Assembly (NCBI RefSeq): GCF_001194135.2
Contig: NC_068981.1
Location: 38,838,196-38,902,195, forward strand
Source: Octopus bimaculoides
Lineage: Eukaryota
Direction of reading: 5' to 3'
Length of the DNA stretch: 64,000 nucleotides
Part shown: positions 1 through 12,600 of the stretch, one piece after another
Layout: every line of letters begins with the position of its first letter
Position numbering within the stretch: the stretch's first letter is position 1
Position numbers and translations under genes: made by a program
Notes under the pieces: model-generated
Told to the model about the DNA's origin: nothing
The model's input: the letters and a program-made list of their open reading frames with translations, nothing else
The model's database searches: none

Positions 1-72
1 ATGCATGTATACATGTATACATATATTTGTGTATATATTTGTGTATGCATGTGTGTGCACATGGACATGTAA

Positions 73-103
<31 letters not shown>

Positions 104-114
104 TACATACATGT

Positions 115-156
<42 letters not shown>

Positions 157-1989
157 GTATGTATATTATCATCATCATTTTTTAATCTCCGTCTTCCATG
201 CTGCTATTGTTTGAGCAGTTTGACAGAATTGGATGAGTTAGAGGACTGCATTGAGCTCCAATGTCATCTATTTTGGCATGACTACCTATAGACGGAACTC
301 TTTCTGATGCCAACCAGTTTACAGAGTGTACTGGGGGCTTGTTTCAAAGTACCAGCACTCACAGAGCTACCTTGTGGCTTGCAAGCCTAAGATCCCCTAT
401 AACTGAGAGAGATTACGTGGAGGAAGGCATATTTATGCTGGATGATAAAAGGTTAAAGTAACAAAGAAGGAGCATTATACATAATTAGGGTTAGGTTATT
501 CAAGGTAGAGTTTGAAATGGAGATAAAAATGGTAGTGTCAAGATGTCAGGATGATCCTTCAACATGCAAGAATATGAATAGGATTGAATGGGGACAAACG
601 GAAAAGAAAGGATGAGTGGTTAGGGTTTGTAAGAGTGTATAAGGAGAGTAAGAAGTGATTAGAAAAAAATACCTAGTACATACTGTAAAGTGGTTGGTGT
701 TAAGAGCAGCCACCTGCAGAAATCTCGCCAAAGAAGACACTGAAGCATGAAGCAGTCCTTGAATCCATCAGATGCTATTAAACAGTCCAACCCATGCCAG
801 TGTGAAACATGTATGTTAAATGATTATGAATGACAATGATAATGAAGATGATGCCATACATATACACCTGCATTCATTCAAAATTTAATATTGTTATTAC
901 CTTATTTAAATATAACTTTTCTAAAATAATTAATATTACAACTAGCTCTTATATAAAAATATTTAAACTATTTTATGGCTTATATTTGGCTGTTACTGTA
1001 TTAGGAAATTAATATACCAAGCTAGTGAGTAATTGAATCATTATGAATTAATAAAAGAAAATATATTTAGTTTTTCTCTTGATACTGCTACATCACAAGG
1101 ACATTCTGTAAAGAAAAACAGGAAATTTTTTATTCTTTTTTATTTGAAAATGTCTATTTATCTAATACATATGCAATTATTATGCCTTGTCTCTTGAAAT
1201 TATGTAATTAACTGCATCACTTGTAAATTATTCATGATGTATAGAGGAGTCAGGATAATTCTATTTCAAATTATAACTTCAAATCACATGAGAGACTAAA
1301 AGTTTAGTTTCACAATACTGCTAAATAACAGTCAAATATTTACTGGGCTACTTAACTTCAGCAGTCATCTATAACTAGCACAGTACTGTTTCACACCTAA
1401 GTGAACTAGGTTTGTGAAAATTAAATGTCCTCAAACTAGTAGTGTGGTATGTTGATTGACCAGCACTTTTATTGATGCAGTGATTTGTAACTCTGGCTTC
1501 ACTCATATCAATTAGTAATTATTTTATTTTTCAATTTACCAATTCTAGAGCTCTGTGCTTCAGTACTAAGATAATTTTTTTCTTTCTCTTTGGTAAATTA
1601 CATCAAACCCCTTTCTGCTTTAAATCTCAATGAAAATAGTATCACTTCACATAGACAGACACTTGTGGACAGTTAGTATCAATTAAATAGAGTTTGGATA
1701 AAATACAGCTACCCTAACATTAACACTAATTTTCTGTTGAAGTATTTTGATGTATTTCAGTTATTTCATCATGGAAACTGGGTGTTTAAAATGGAAACCA
1801 GAGAATACCTTTCTAAATGTCATAATTTAATATTATTAAAGTATTTTAAAATAGAAATTTTGATTTCCAGAAAACATTTCAAAACTGCATAAAATGAATT
1901 CAATGAGAAACAATGATGAATTTTCTATACTACATTTTTCTACATATTGCCAATTTAATCAACTCAAACTAAATATGCATGCTTCTAAG

Positions 1990-2193
1990 TATGTATGTAT
2001 GTATGTATGTATGTATGTATGTATGTATGTATGTATGCATGTCATTATTCAATCTATTTCCAGATTTCTTGCCAATAGAGAAAGAACTGGTTTCTAATCG
2101 AGATCCAAGGTTCCTTCATTGGAATTTCAACATCAACAACAGAGTATTTTTGTTTGTTTGTATCTATGTATGTATGTATGTGTGCACGTGTGC

Positions 2194-2224
<31 letters not shown>

Positions 2225-2800
2225 TGTGCAAATTTGTATGTTTTATGTATGTATTCTCGTGCATATAGTTGCATATCTAGACATGCTCATATATATTTAA
2301 ATAATAAACTTCTGGAAAGTTTTACAGATTTTTACAGTTCCAGTGATGGATTGGATCTTTAGTCTTCGAATTAGCTTTCTCCTTTCTGATTTTGAGAAGC
2401 CTAATTTCTCAAGATTGGTATTTAGGCAGTGTGTTACATATCCCAGGATCCCAATAATTACAGGTATAAACCTGAACTTGTAATCTGGATAATGTAACTG
2501 CAGATTTCTCAATAGTTCAGCATAAGTGTTCTCTTTTTCACTGATCTTCAGCATTATGTTAACATCCACTGGGCAGCTAATTTCCACAAGTTTCAAATAA
2601 TTGCACAGTTTCTCTTCTCTATCCCAAATCATTATATCAGGTATGTTGTGCTTACATTTTATTGAGGTCTTCACTGGTACATTCTACCAGTATTCCTTTT
2701 TATTATGGCTCCTACCATATTATGGGTTTTTATTTCTTTGTCCTCAGGATTATCGTTCTGACAGATTCCATTATAGAGTGTCCTAGCTATGTCATATCTC
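1990..2800 (-). mobile_element. R4/Dong-like non-LTR retrotransposon 3' fragment (REL endonuclease), family A
   Basis: Minus translation RYDIARTLY...KEYW*NVPVKTSIKCKHNIPDIMIWDREEKLC...VEISCPVDVNI..KISEKENTYAELLRNLQLHYPDYKFRFIPVIIGILG...GTVKICKTFQKFII* (RHD-, PD- and E-x-K-like REL motifs). 3' UTR has internal (ATAC)n and ends in an (ATAC)n tract at about 1990-2036. Confidence 0.9.
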
Positions 2801-2995
2801 AAAGAATTCATCAACTCCAGAACTTCAGATTTTTATGTTACAGGAATAAACAAACTTGTAGCTCATTGGCAAAAATGTGCTGATTGTAATGGTACTTACT
2901 TTGATGAATAAAATTTCCACACTGTTGGAACATATTATGATGAATTTCATGTTTTGAAATGTTGTTTACTTTTTACTCAGCTTGATAAATATATA
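2801..2995 (+). mobile_element. Mariner transposase C-terminus and right end, Hsmar1/cecropia-subfamily-like
   Basis: 2801-2911 translates KEFINSRTSDFYVTGINKLVAHWQKCADCNGTYFDE*, close to the Hsmar1/SETMAR C-terminus as I recall it (EFVESQSTDFYATGINQLISRWQKCVDCNGSYFD). Followed by a TIR-like stretch (...tttactttttactcagcttgata) and TA. Confidence 0.85.
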
Positions 2996-4497
2996 CACAC
3001 ACATATACACATATACATTTCCTGCACTTCCCCTTTTGCATTCATGTGAACCCCTCACTCATGCACCCGGTGCAATCCCCTATCATCCCATTTATATTCA
3101 CTTCCTCATACCATTTCTCTTGCTCCTTCTTGCTCTCTCTCACTCTTGTTCTTTTTCTCACTCACGCTCTCTCACATTTTCTTTACATGTCTCATTTTCT
3201 TTCTTGCTATTTCCCACTGACTAAGGTAACCAGCAAGATACCTGTTTCTGTCTCTCAATTATGCACTAAGCTTTTGTCACCTGGGTCAAAGCTACCTTCT
3301 TCACCACTCAACTCCAGCTGCCCTTCAAAGGATCTTTGTCCTGCAAGTTTCTTGGTGTCATCTTTGGTGCTGGTGCCATGTAAAAAGCATCCAGTCCACT
3401 CTGTAATGTGGTTGGCATTAGGAAGGGCATCCAACCATAACAACCATACCAAAACAAAAAGTGGAGATGTCAAACCATCCAACCCATGCCAACATGGAAG
3501 ACAGACCTTAAATGACGGTGATGACGATCATCTTTACATGCTATTATTTATAGCTTTATCTGCTTCGATTTACTCCATTCCAAAAAAGAATTTGTTCAAT
3601 CTCTCTCAAACATTCTAAATTCTTATAACATCGCCAATATCCCCACCATGCACATATATTGTGTATGTGTGTGTTCACAAGTTTAGAGATGTGTATATAT
3701 GTTTGTGGATGTTTTATCATGGTGTGGTGTGATTTGTGAAATCTGTTCAGCAGTGTGCCTTATTAATGTATTAATATGTGATATCCATGATGCATACAAA
3801 GATATCCAAACATTTTTCCTTTACTTTCTACTCTTTATAAAATAATTTGGTTTATGCTCATGACATTTTTGTATGACAATTTTCCGCATATATGCATTAA
3901 TGTGATTTTACGGATGTTGATTTGTCAAGATATGAGTTTGAATTTTAAAGATGAACATGTATATATGCATATGATAAAAACATGTGTGTGTGTGTGTGTG
4001 TGTGGTGGGGTGTTTGTGTGTAACTGAATACATCAATGGTGCAGGGTAGAGTGCATTCTCTTCACTTGCAGCTTGTCTTGCATCATAAAATTAATATCAT
4101 AAGTAGACAACCATATTTTATCAAAGTAAACATTTAAAGTAGAAACACATATTTAGGGCAATAACAGAGGCCATATGTAGAGTGCTTGTCCTTGCTTTTG
4201 CTTATAACATATAATGATTTTTATATATTTTAACTTATGCTGTCATAAGTTAGTGATGTACTGCATGTTAGAATATATGGAAGAAGAAAAGTGAATGCAT
4301 ATGCATGCTTTTAGCTGTATTAATCTAAGATATATTTTTTTATATGTTGATGAATATGATGCAGATGCACCATATATAATTCAAGAATTATTTGAAATAT
4401 ACTATGTTCATCATAAATTTAATGAAGTTTAATATCATTATGCAGGTAACTGATTGCTAGTGAAACTGACTATTGTAATCAGTTAATCTTAGCTTTG

Positions 4498-5604
4498 AAT
4501 GAAAGACTGGATTTTTGTCTTAACCCAAGAAATTCTAAGGCTGAGTGATTCTGCTTCCTCACTTAGTGAAAGGAGAGTGCCCCTTAAGACGTCCAGAGAC
4601 TCAGCAAGAATAATCACATCATGGGCAAAATCCAGGTCAGTAATCCTAGTTTCCCCAATGAGTGCTCCACAACTTAATCAACCCACCATCTAGCTAAATA
4701 TCTAATCCATGTAGATGTTGAACAGAGTGAGAGCCAAAACGAAACCCTGACAGACCCCAGATCTAACTGGTAAGATGTCAGATGCTGATCTCCCCATCTG
4801 TATTAAGCTCACTGTTCCAGTAGACAAAGCTGCCATCAGCCCAACCAGTCATGCTTTTGACTCATGTACTGCCTACAGGGGAATTGCTATGCTTAAGGGA
4901 GGAAAGCTGCCCCATTGGTGTTCTGAAGTTTTAGACTCTGATGGAATCTCCTAATGGAGGAGGCCAAAGTGGTGGCCCACTGGGCATTACACTTTGAGGA
5001 GTTGTATAAAGTAAACCCACTAAGTACTGTTCTGAATATTATGATGACTTCAGTGCTAGTGACCGACCTGCCAGTCAGCTGTAATTCACCATTTGAAGAT
5101 GAGGTTTGTAAGGCAGTAAAGCAGTTGAAAGGCAGGAAGGTAGCTGGTGTGTGTAGTATCCATAGGGAGATGGTTGAGAAAGGTGGGCTTGCTGCAGTCT
5201 TGTTCTTGTGGCAGATCATCTGTTCAATTTGGAGCAGTGGCATCATGTTACCTGATTGGAAGAGGGTCTTGATTATCCCTCTCTGAAAAGATAAAGGTAA
5301 GTGCCACAAAAGCATCAACTAGAGGGCTTTTACTCTCCTTTCAATGTCCATTAAAGTCTTTGCCAGGGTTATCCTCAATGGAGTGCAAAATCACCAGCTT
5401 GCCTTCCAGCAGTCCGAAGAGTTGTAGTTCATGTCAAAGAAGTCAGTAATTGACCCTGGCTCTCTGAGTACTTATTGAATGCTGGCAGAGTTTTTAGGAG
5501 ATGTTTACAGCTTATGTTGAACTCTGCAAGGTATTTGACACTGTGGATAAAGATGTCCTCCAGAGGTTTTGGGAGCTGTGAGATATACCTCCCCAGCTGG
5601 TTGG
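4498..5604. mobile_element. RTE-clade LINE RT fragment with internal inversion (plus arm 4849-5604, minus arm 4848 to about 4498)
   Basis: Plus arm: HWALHFEELY...EDEVCKAVKQLKGRKVAGVCSIHREMVEKGG...IWSSGIMLPDWKRVLIIPL*KDKG...TLLSMSIKVFARVIL to DIPPQL. Minus arm continues the same RT: LVGLMAAL...SGVCQGFVLALTLFNIYMD...ITDLDFAHDVIILAES...ISWVKTKIQ. Confidence 0.88.
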
Positions 5605-5633
5605 TTGGTTGGTTGGTTGGTTGGTTGGTTGGT
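5598..5633. repeat. (TGGT)n microsatellite at the RTE inversion boundary
   Basis: Directly visible. Confidence 0.95.
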
Positions 5634-8309
5634 CGGTCTGTTGGTGCCCTTGTATATCGGAACAGTATCTCTAGTGAGGATAAACATATGCACTGAATGC
5701 CCTGAGGATAAGTATTGAGCATGGTCTTTTGTTGACAAGCTATTTGATGTGATGACAAAAAAAAAACAAAAAAAAAACCCAGAAAAGTAACTAGCAGTGA
5801 TCAAAAAGGCATGAAATAAAAAGTAGCAATCTAAATATAAAGATGAAATTCATTGGTAGAAACAGAATGCCAGATGGAGAGGGTCAATAATGATAAGCAC
5901 CGCCTTAACAGAATAATATTTAGGGAGTGACCATTCCCTAAAATAATAGACACAAACAAATGAACTCATCGTAATATATACAAAGCCAAACTTGAAGTGC
6001 CAAAAAAATACTTTGCTTGAAGATTGCAGTGACATGAAACTAATGTTGTGAGAAATGTTTAAATGAACATTATACTCTACACCATGTATTGAGTGCAGTG
6101 CTGTGTTCCTCTTTCATTGATTAAGTATAAACTTTTAATGTATGTGCATACACATGCATGCACACACACACACACATGCACACAGGGCTCTGTTTCAAAG
6201 ATTTATCCCTAGGCCTCACTTTTGTTCTCACTTGTATGTGAAATTCAGCTTATTTTGCTGAAAATTGTAAACAGGCATAAAATATGTCATTTTCCTTCAT
6301 TTATTCTAGTCATTAGAAATTCATATTTCTACATTATAAATGTGTTTTGTAAACAGAACTTTACGAAAGAAACCTCCTAGAAAACAAAATAAACTTATAA
6401 TGCTCTTCATAGTAAATGCACAAGAAATGAAAGCAGATTTTAAAAACTAATACATTAATATATCAAATCTATTTATGTACAGGAATATGAATTTTAATGC
6501 CTAAAAGCTGAAAAACAAAAATTTAAGATATTTTAATGAGTTTTAAGAAAGGCATCAATGAATTTGAATGAGAATATTTTCAATACATACTGCATATTCA
6601 TGGTTTCAATAAGTTCCAAGGAATTTGTTCATTTTTTACTTAAATATATTTCATGTTTTCAATTCTCTTGAAGAAACTTCTGTCATTTCTTTTGCTTAAT
6701 ACATTTGACAACTAAATCAAGCCAATTTTTGTACATAAAAATTTTGCTTTCCATATATCATTCAACTACTAAACTTACAGATATTTCATATATGTAGCGT
6801 TCCGTTATTTAGTCACTTGTGGATGTGGCAATGTAATAATTTGTAGTGATGTGGCTGTTCCTATAATCATAATAAATCTACAAATTATTACACCCCAAAC
6901 CATATTGATCAAGCCACCCAAACATATACTATCAATTATCAGTTATTATCCAGCTGACACTGGAGCACAACACAACCCATGGCTCATCAGATCTTCTCAA
7001 ACTATCCAACTCATGCTGGCATATAAAAAGGATGTTAACCTTTTTGATATAATTCTGCCTGAGGCTGCCCCCTGGTTCTTTGATACAAACATTCTATTTT
7101 AACGTGATCTTGATTAAAAACCTTCATCAAAATGCCATGTTGATTTGTTCTAAACACTAGCTTAATAACGGCAAAATTATTTTACTAAACTCTTCATTAT
7201 TTTCAGAATTAATTGAAACAAACAGTGTATTCCAAAGAAAATATGGTAACAAAGGGGTTAAATAAGGATGGTGAATTGTAATATCTAATACTTATAGCAG
7301 TGTCACTAATAACAGAGTTATGTGACATGTGAAGGGTTTATCCTTTTCGGGAAATTTAAACTTCATTGTTAATAACCATGCACACAGCTTAGGAAAACTG
7401 AAAGGATTTTGAAAATGACTGATTTCCTGAATCAAATAGTTGGTTCAATGCTGAATAGTCAAAAGTTGTATAAATAATATAGAAATATATAATTCTATAA
7501 AGTTAATGCTTCCTGAGTATTTTAAAATGAATCTTATATAATCTTAAGCAGTTGAAAGGATAGTCATATTTATCATTGCCTAAAGATATTAACACCTCTG
7601 ACAATGCTCCCTTACTTATTGCATCGATAATTACTCTATGATTTAATTTATAATGCTTTTATATCTTTAATATCCTTTCATAGAATATTAGAGAGATTTA
7701 CCTCTTTATTCATAGTTGTGGTACACCAAAGATGAGAACTTTTGTTATTGAGTCTAGGCAACATTAATAAAATTACTTTACTGTAGACATTCAGCTAAAG
7801 CAACTAATATAGATCATAAATTGCAAATCTTAAAGAATTTATTGAAAACATAGTAGCATAGTATTGTATTGAAAGATGCTTGATGCAATGTCTTCAAAGT
7901 GAGATTAAATGCATGACTCAGCACATCTTTGCTTCGGAGCACAGTCTCTATTGTCTAACAAGAAAGCAGTGAACATATGCAAAGAGGTCAAGATCAGGTC
8001 AGAGCAGAATAGTGTCTAACCTGCATTGATAGAGATATTGTGGATGTCCTTTACGACCAGCATATCTGGTATCTCCACAAAGCATATGCCACCTGCATTG
8101 CAACATTTGGTTACTTTAATCTAGGAGATGGAATAAAAAGAAGCAATCTATGACGTTTTCAAGGTATGCATCAATTGGATTTTATCTGCATATTTGGTGG
8201 TGTGATGAACATCACACAAAACAATATCAGAATAAGAGTATATTCAATCTGAATAAAAGTAAGCATATTGAGTGGATTGAGATACAGACATATATATGCT
8301 CACACACAT

Positions 8310-8392
<83 letters not shown>

Positions 8393-8419
8393 TACATAGA
8401 TACATACATACGTACATAA

Positions 8420-8860
8420 AAGAGAATACCTGCGCTGAACTATTGAGAAATCTGCAGTTACTCTATCTAGATTACAATTTCAGGTATATACATGTAATTA
8501 TTACGTCCCTGCTTAAATATCAGTCTTGTGAAATTAGGCTTCATATCCAATTCATCACTGGTACTGTAAAAATCTGTAAAACTTTCCAGAAGTTTATCAT
8601 TTAAATATATATGAGCATGTCTAGATATGCAACTATATGCCCGAGAATACATACACAAAACAAAACATACAAGTCTGCACATATGCACGCATACATACAT
8701 ACATACATACATACACACATACATACATACATACATACATACCTTGTTGTTGATGTTGAAGTTCCAATGAAGGAGCCTTGGACCTAGGTTAGAAACTGGC
8801 TCTTTCTGTATTGGCAAGAAATCTTGAAATAAAACTGAACAATGACAGACAGACATATAG
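8420..8860 (+). mobile_element. R4/Dong-like family A, 5'-truncated copy with internal deletions
   Basis: KENTCAELLRNLQLLYLDYNFRYIHVII...GTVKICKTFQKFII* and a 3' UTR collinear with the 1990-2800 copy (catgtctagatatgcaactatatgc...gttgatgttgaa(g/a)ttccaatgaagg...attggcaagaaatct). 5' flank is (CA)n/(ATAC)n. Confidence 0.9.
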
Positions 8861-9014
8861 TATTAGTAATGTTCAGGTATGGGATTATACATCTTTCTGT
8901 AATGGATACTATCCCTTAAAACTTTTGCTATTGATATAAGCCTAGGGAAAAATAAAAAGGTAACTGGTAAAAAAGAACTAGTTATCATTTTTTTCATTTT
9001 TTTTTCTTTTATTA

Positions 9015-10620
9015 GAGAAGTGTGAAGTAGCACCGCTTAAATGGAAGATCATAGCAGTAACCAGGCAGAGACAGCTGAAACTCATCATGTGGGATTGTTA
9101 CCATCTGCACCATGGCTGAGCAGGGAACATTTGAACTGAACCAAGATCTGTGTTGATTCAATAAAAAGGTTATGGAATATCTTTCAATAGGCCACATGAA
9201 AAGGATGTACAATGACTGGAGTCTAAAATACCCAAAACCAGAATCACACAGCAAATAAGTATTGGCTTTGGTCAGTGAATTCTTACCCAAAGAGTGATGA
9301 ATGAATACTTCAACAGACTTTGGAAGATATGGAAATCAGAGATATCTGTATTCAATACAACTATATCTCACAATGTTTTTGCAGTGCCAACACAAGCAAT
9401 CACATTTGGGATACTAGACTAGACACTTGAAAAAATGTGCAACTGTGATATCAGGTCTAGGAAGATACTAACAATGACTAGTAACTTCAACATCAACAGT
9501 GACACTGGCATGATCTATGTTAAATGAAGAGATGGAAGTAGAGGTACAAGATAGGATCAGATGACCTTTGAGTGTCACACTATGTCAGCTCAACATCACC
9601 TACAGAATATCAAAGAGAGAAACAAGTACACCACATATACACTCAGCAGTGAAGGTAATAGCAACATGAGATTAGGTAAAAAAAAAATGTTCAAGGACTC
9701 TGAGTTTACAGCTGCTGCATGTGAACCAGGAATAACTGGACTGACATACTTAAATAGAGTCTTAGAAAAGAAATACTCATCATATCACCAGAAAGTTATA
9801 TATGGTTACATAAGCTGAAAACTAGAGAATACCAGCAGCATTGACAGGAATAGCAACCTCTCCTGGACTTGTTATAAGTACATCACATTTCTTCTAGAAG
9901 GTTAAACTTTTGCTACCCAAGAACAGGATGTATCATGCATCTAAACCTTTGTGCTGTGGTAGAAAGTGTTGATTGTTCCATATCAGTGGAAGATATCACT
10001 CATATTACCACTAGCTGTCTGACAATGTCTGCAAAATGCTATTTTGTAATGAGACATCAACATAATCTATAGTGTTGTACACAGGAAGGACTATCCTGGT
10101 GACTATACTAATGGCACATCAGAACCAGAAAGTGTCCACACCTTTAAAAATAAATAATACTCGTGAAACATTCTAATAAAAACAGCAACTTGGTGTATGC
10201 TCAATAGGCCAGATATAGTTGTACAGGACAGGGAGCAAAATTGTGCACCATTGCCCAGTAAATGTGAATGCCTCTTCAAAAATTGGGATAAAAAGAGAAC
10301 ATCTGTGAAAAGCTGATGAGAAATCTACAGCTCTTATATCCAGATTACAGATTCATTTGTTCCTATTGTCATAAGTGTACTGGGTTATATAATTATAGAA
10401 CTGCACAGATACCTAGAAATGCTTGAATTCTCCAAAAGAGAACAGAGCACACTTATTGGTATTCTCAGATAAAACTGATCAGAGGAATAGTGAAGTTTTT
10501 CAAAATATTTCAGTGATTCTCCGTTTGAGTTCCCTGAGAGAACATATGCATATAATCACATATACATTTGCACAGACATAAACAGCAATAAAGTATATAT
10601 TTGCAGTCTATCATGGCACA
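9015..10620 (+). mobile_element. Old, heavily mutated R4/Dong-like copy (post-RT region, CCHC knuckle, REL)
   Basis: Fragmented frames give HNVFAVPT..ITFGILD, CDIRSRKILTMTSNFNINSDT, TFECHTMSAQHHL, FATQEQ, SVEDITHITTSC, NRPDIVVQDREQ and KLMRNLQLLYPDYRF..VPIVISVLGY. Confidence 0.75.
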
Positions 10621-11489
10621 CATACTCACAAGCACAAGCTTGTTTACATGCATGTCATCCTATGAGTGGCATTGACTTAAACAAAAAAGCATTGCCACTT
10701 TGTTAGTGACTGGCTAAAATTATGCATAGGATAAAGCTCAAAGTATGTCTCATCCAGCCATACTAATATATATAGTGGAAACTTGTAACTAATGATAGTA
10801 TTTATGATCCACTAATTGTGGTATAAAATTAGAATAAAAATAACAGTTCAAGTTCAAAATAATCTTTTAGGTGATTCTAAGAGTTCAAAAAAAAAAACAT
10901 CCAGACTAAAACCTATTTCTAGTTTCTATCCTTTAATATTTAATGTCTTTCAATTTGTGATACTGTTTGTTTGATAAATATTTTAAAGAATTCAGACAGA
11001 TAAATGTTCTTTTGAAAATTACACACATTACCTTAATATGGATAAATATATAAGATAAGAGACAGAAAGAAAAAAAAAACGTGGAAAAAAATGGTAGATT
11101 GAAACAAGATGGTTTTTAAGTATTGGACTGTTTTATAAATTAAAGACAAGTTGTCTGTGTTACTAATAGCAAATTAATCATAAGTTACAACAGACTTTGC
11201 TGTATGTTTATCACGATCATGAAATTTCATAGGTTAAATTCAAGTGTATCATACATCATGCTAAATTTCAGGCACCACTAAGAGACACAAGTTTACAAAA
11301 CTCCAACCATCCACCCCAAAATAAGCCCTGGCCTACTGTAACATTTCCTCATACTGCACATGATAGTGGGGGAGTTAGGTGCAAACATTTCACTATTTGT
11401 GAAAATCCCTTGATTGTAATCGAATGATCATATAAACTCTCTTTATTCCTAATGTATAAACAAAAAAGACATCAGGCAACCATCCAACC

Positions 11490-11915
11490 ATGAGTGGAAA
11501 CTCACCTCTTCTAGTCAGGGATATCAGTGTTAGCACAGTGAAAAATAAGTCTGAAGTGATAGCAGAGATACCAGATCAGTGGGGAGTGGATGTATGCCAT
11601 TTACATATTGTTAGATACTGGGTAAGAAATAGAGGTACATATTCCTCTGGGTGAGTAACAGCATCGAGGTGGGACAAACAGGTATTTTGTTGGCAAAGAA
11701 ATGGACAGATAAACATATTGAAGTAGAGTATGTGATGGAATAATTAAGCTTAGGCTAGTCATGGACACACAACAACAACAGTGAAGGCTGCACGTGAACC
11801 ACAATAAAAAATGACAGAATAGAAAAAAAGCCTTGCATACTAGCTCCATAACAAATGACAGTATCCTACTTATCACAGGAAGTAATGTGATGACATGTTG
11901 GCCCACACTACGGTA
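11490..11915 (+). mobile_element. RTE LINE AP-endonuclease N-terminal remnant
   Basis: ISVSTVKNKSEVIAEIPDQWGVDVCHLHIVRYW...RYIFLWVSNSIEVGQTGILLAKKWTDKHIEV...IKLRLV, collinear with the start of RTE endonucleases (NVGT...VDICCIQEVRW...GVGILLAEKW), ending near a GDFNGHVG-like remnant. Confidence 0.65.
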
Positions 11916-12600
11916 GCAACTCTTTTATATATACAGGCTATGAACTTGAAATAGGTGATGCAAATGACCAATGACCAAATTCCTTGCATGTCTTTTGGTA
12001 TTTTGTGATAAATATATCCTAACTGTTAGCAACTTTAATTTCAGTAAAACAGATAGCCACTTAATCATTACCATTCTAGAAAACACAAAAGCCAGATAGA
12101 CATCAAATTTGGAAATGGGTTAGACATATAAATGTGATGACTGAATCCTTTCTTTAGTGAATTTGTACCACTTAACATAGACTTGTGATTAAGTGCTAGA
12201 CAAACTTAACAACACAAAAAAGATGTGGAAACTCAAAAATCCTTCTGCTAAACAAGGTTTCAGACAACATCTAGGAGATACATATTTTAAGAAAGAGTAG
12301 AATATAGAGGTTAGAATTGGAGTTTCTATTGGACAGAATGCTGCAATCCTATTGTGATGATAGACATTAACACCCCTGTGTGATTAAAAGGTGAACTCGC
12401 CAAACTCTTATAAAGAGTAATGTGTTAATTTGAGACACAAAGAAGGTATGGAGTTTTTTAGTTCAAATCACATGTGATTCTGGAGTAAGCTTGTATTTGT
12501 TATACTTGTTGAGGGTCTCCCCATGTGGGGGAAACTAGGATTTGTTAAATTGATTATATTTTGAACTATTGTTGCTGTTTTTACCTGTTATTGTATTTGT

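Noticed and set aside
5-214. Tracked ORFs made of HT/YI/VC/ER/I/N/M repeats (also 8150-8419, 34591-35022, 39508-39923, 40709-41024, 42204-42554, 44954-45209, 45669-45952, 45968-46528, 61739-62141)
   Set aside because: They are translations of di-, tri- and tetranucleotide microsatellites, which lack stops in some frames.
7880-8150. Coding-like stretch, possibly a hAT transposase remnant
   Set aside because: Only a vague HxCxxH-like resemblance, with stops in all frames. Insufficient to classify.
11510-11622. Splice-flanked open segment ending at CTGG|gtaaga
   Set aside because: The peptide is the RTE endonuclease N-terminus, not a host exon.
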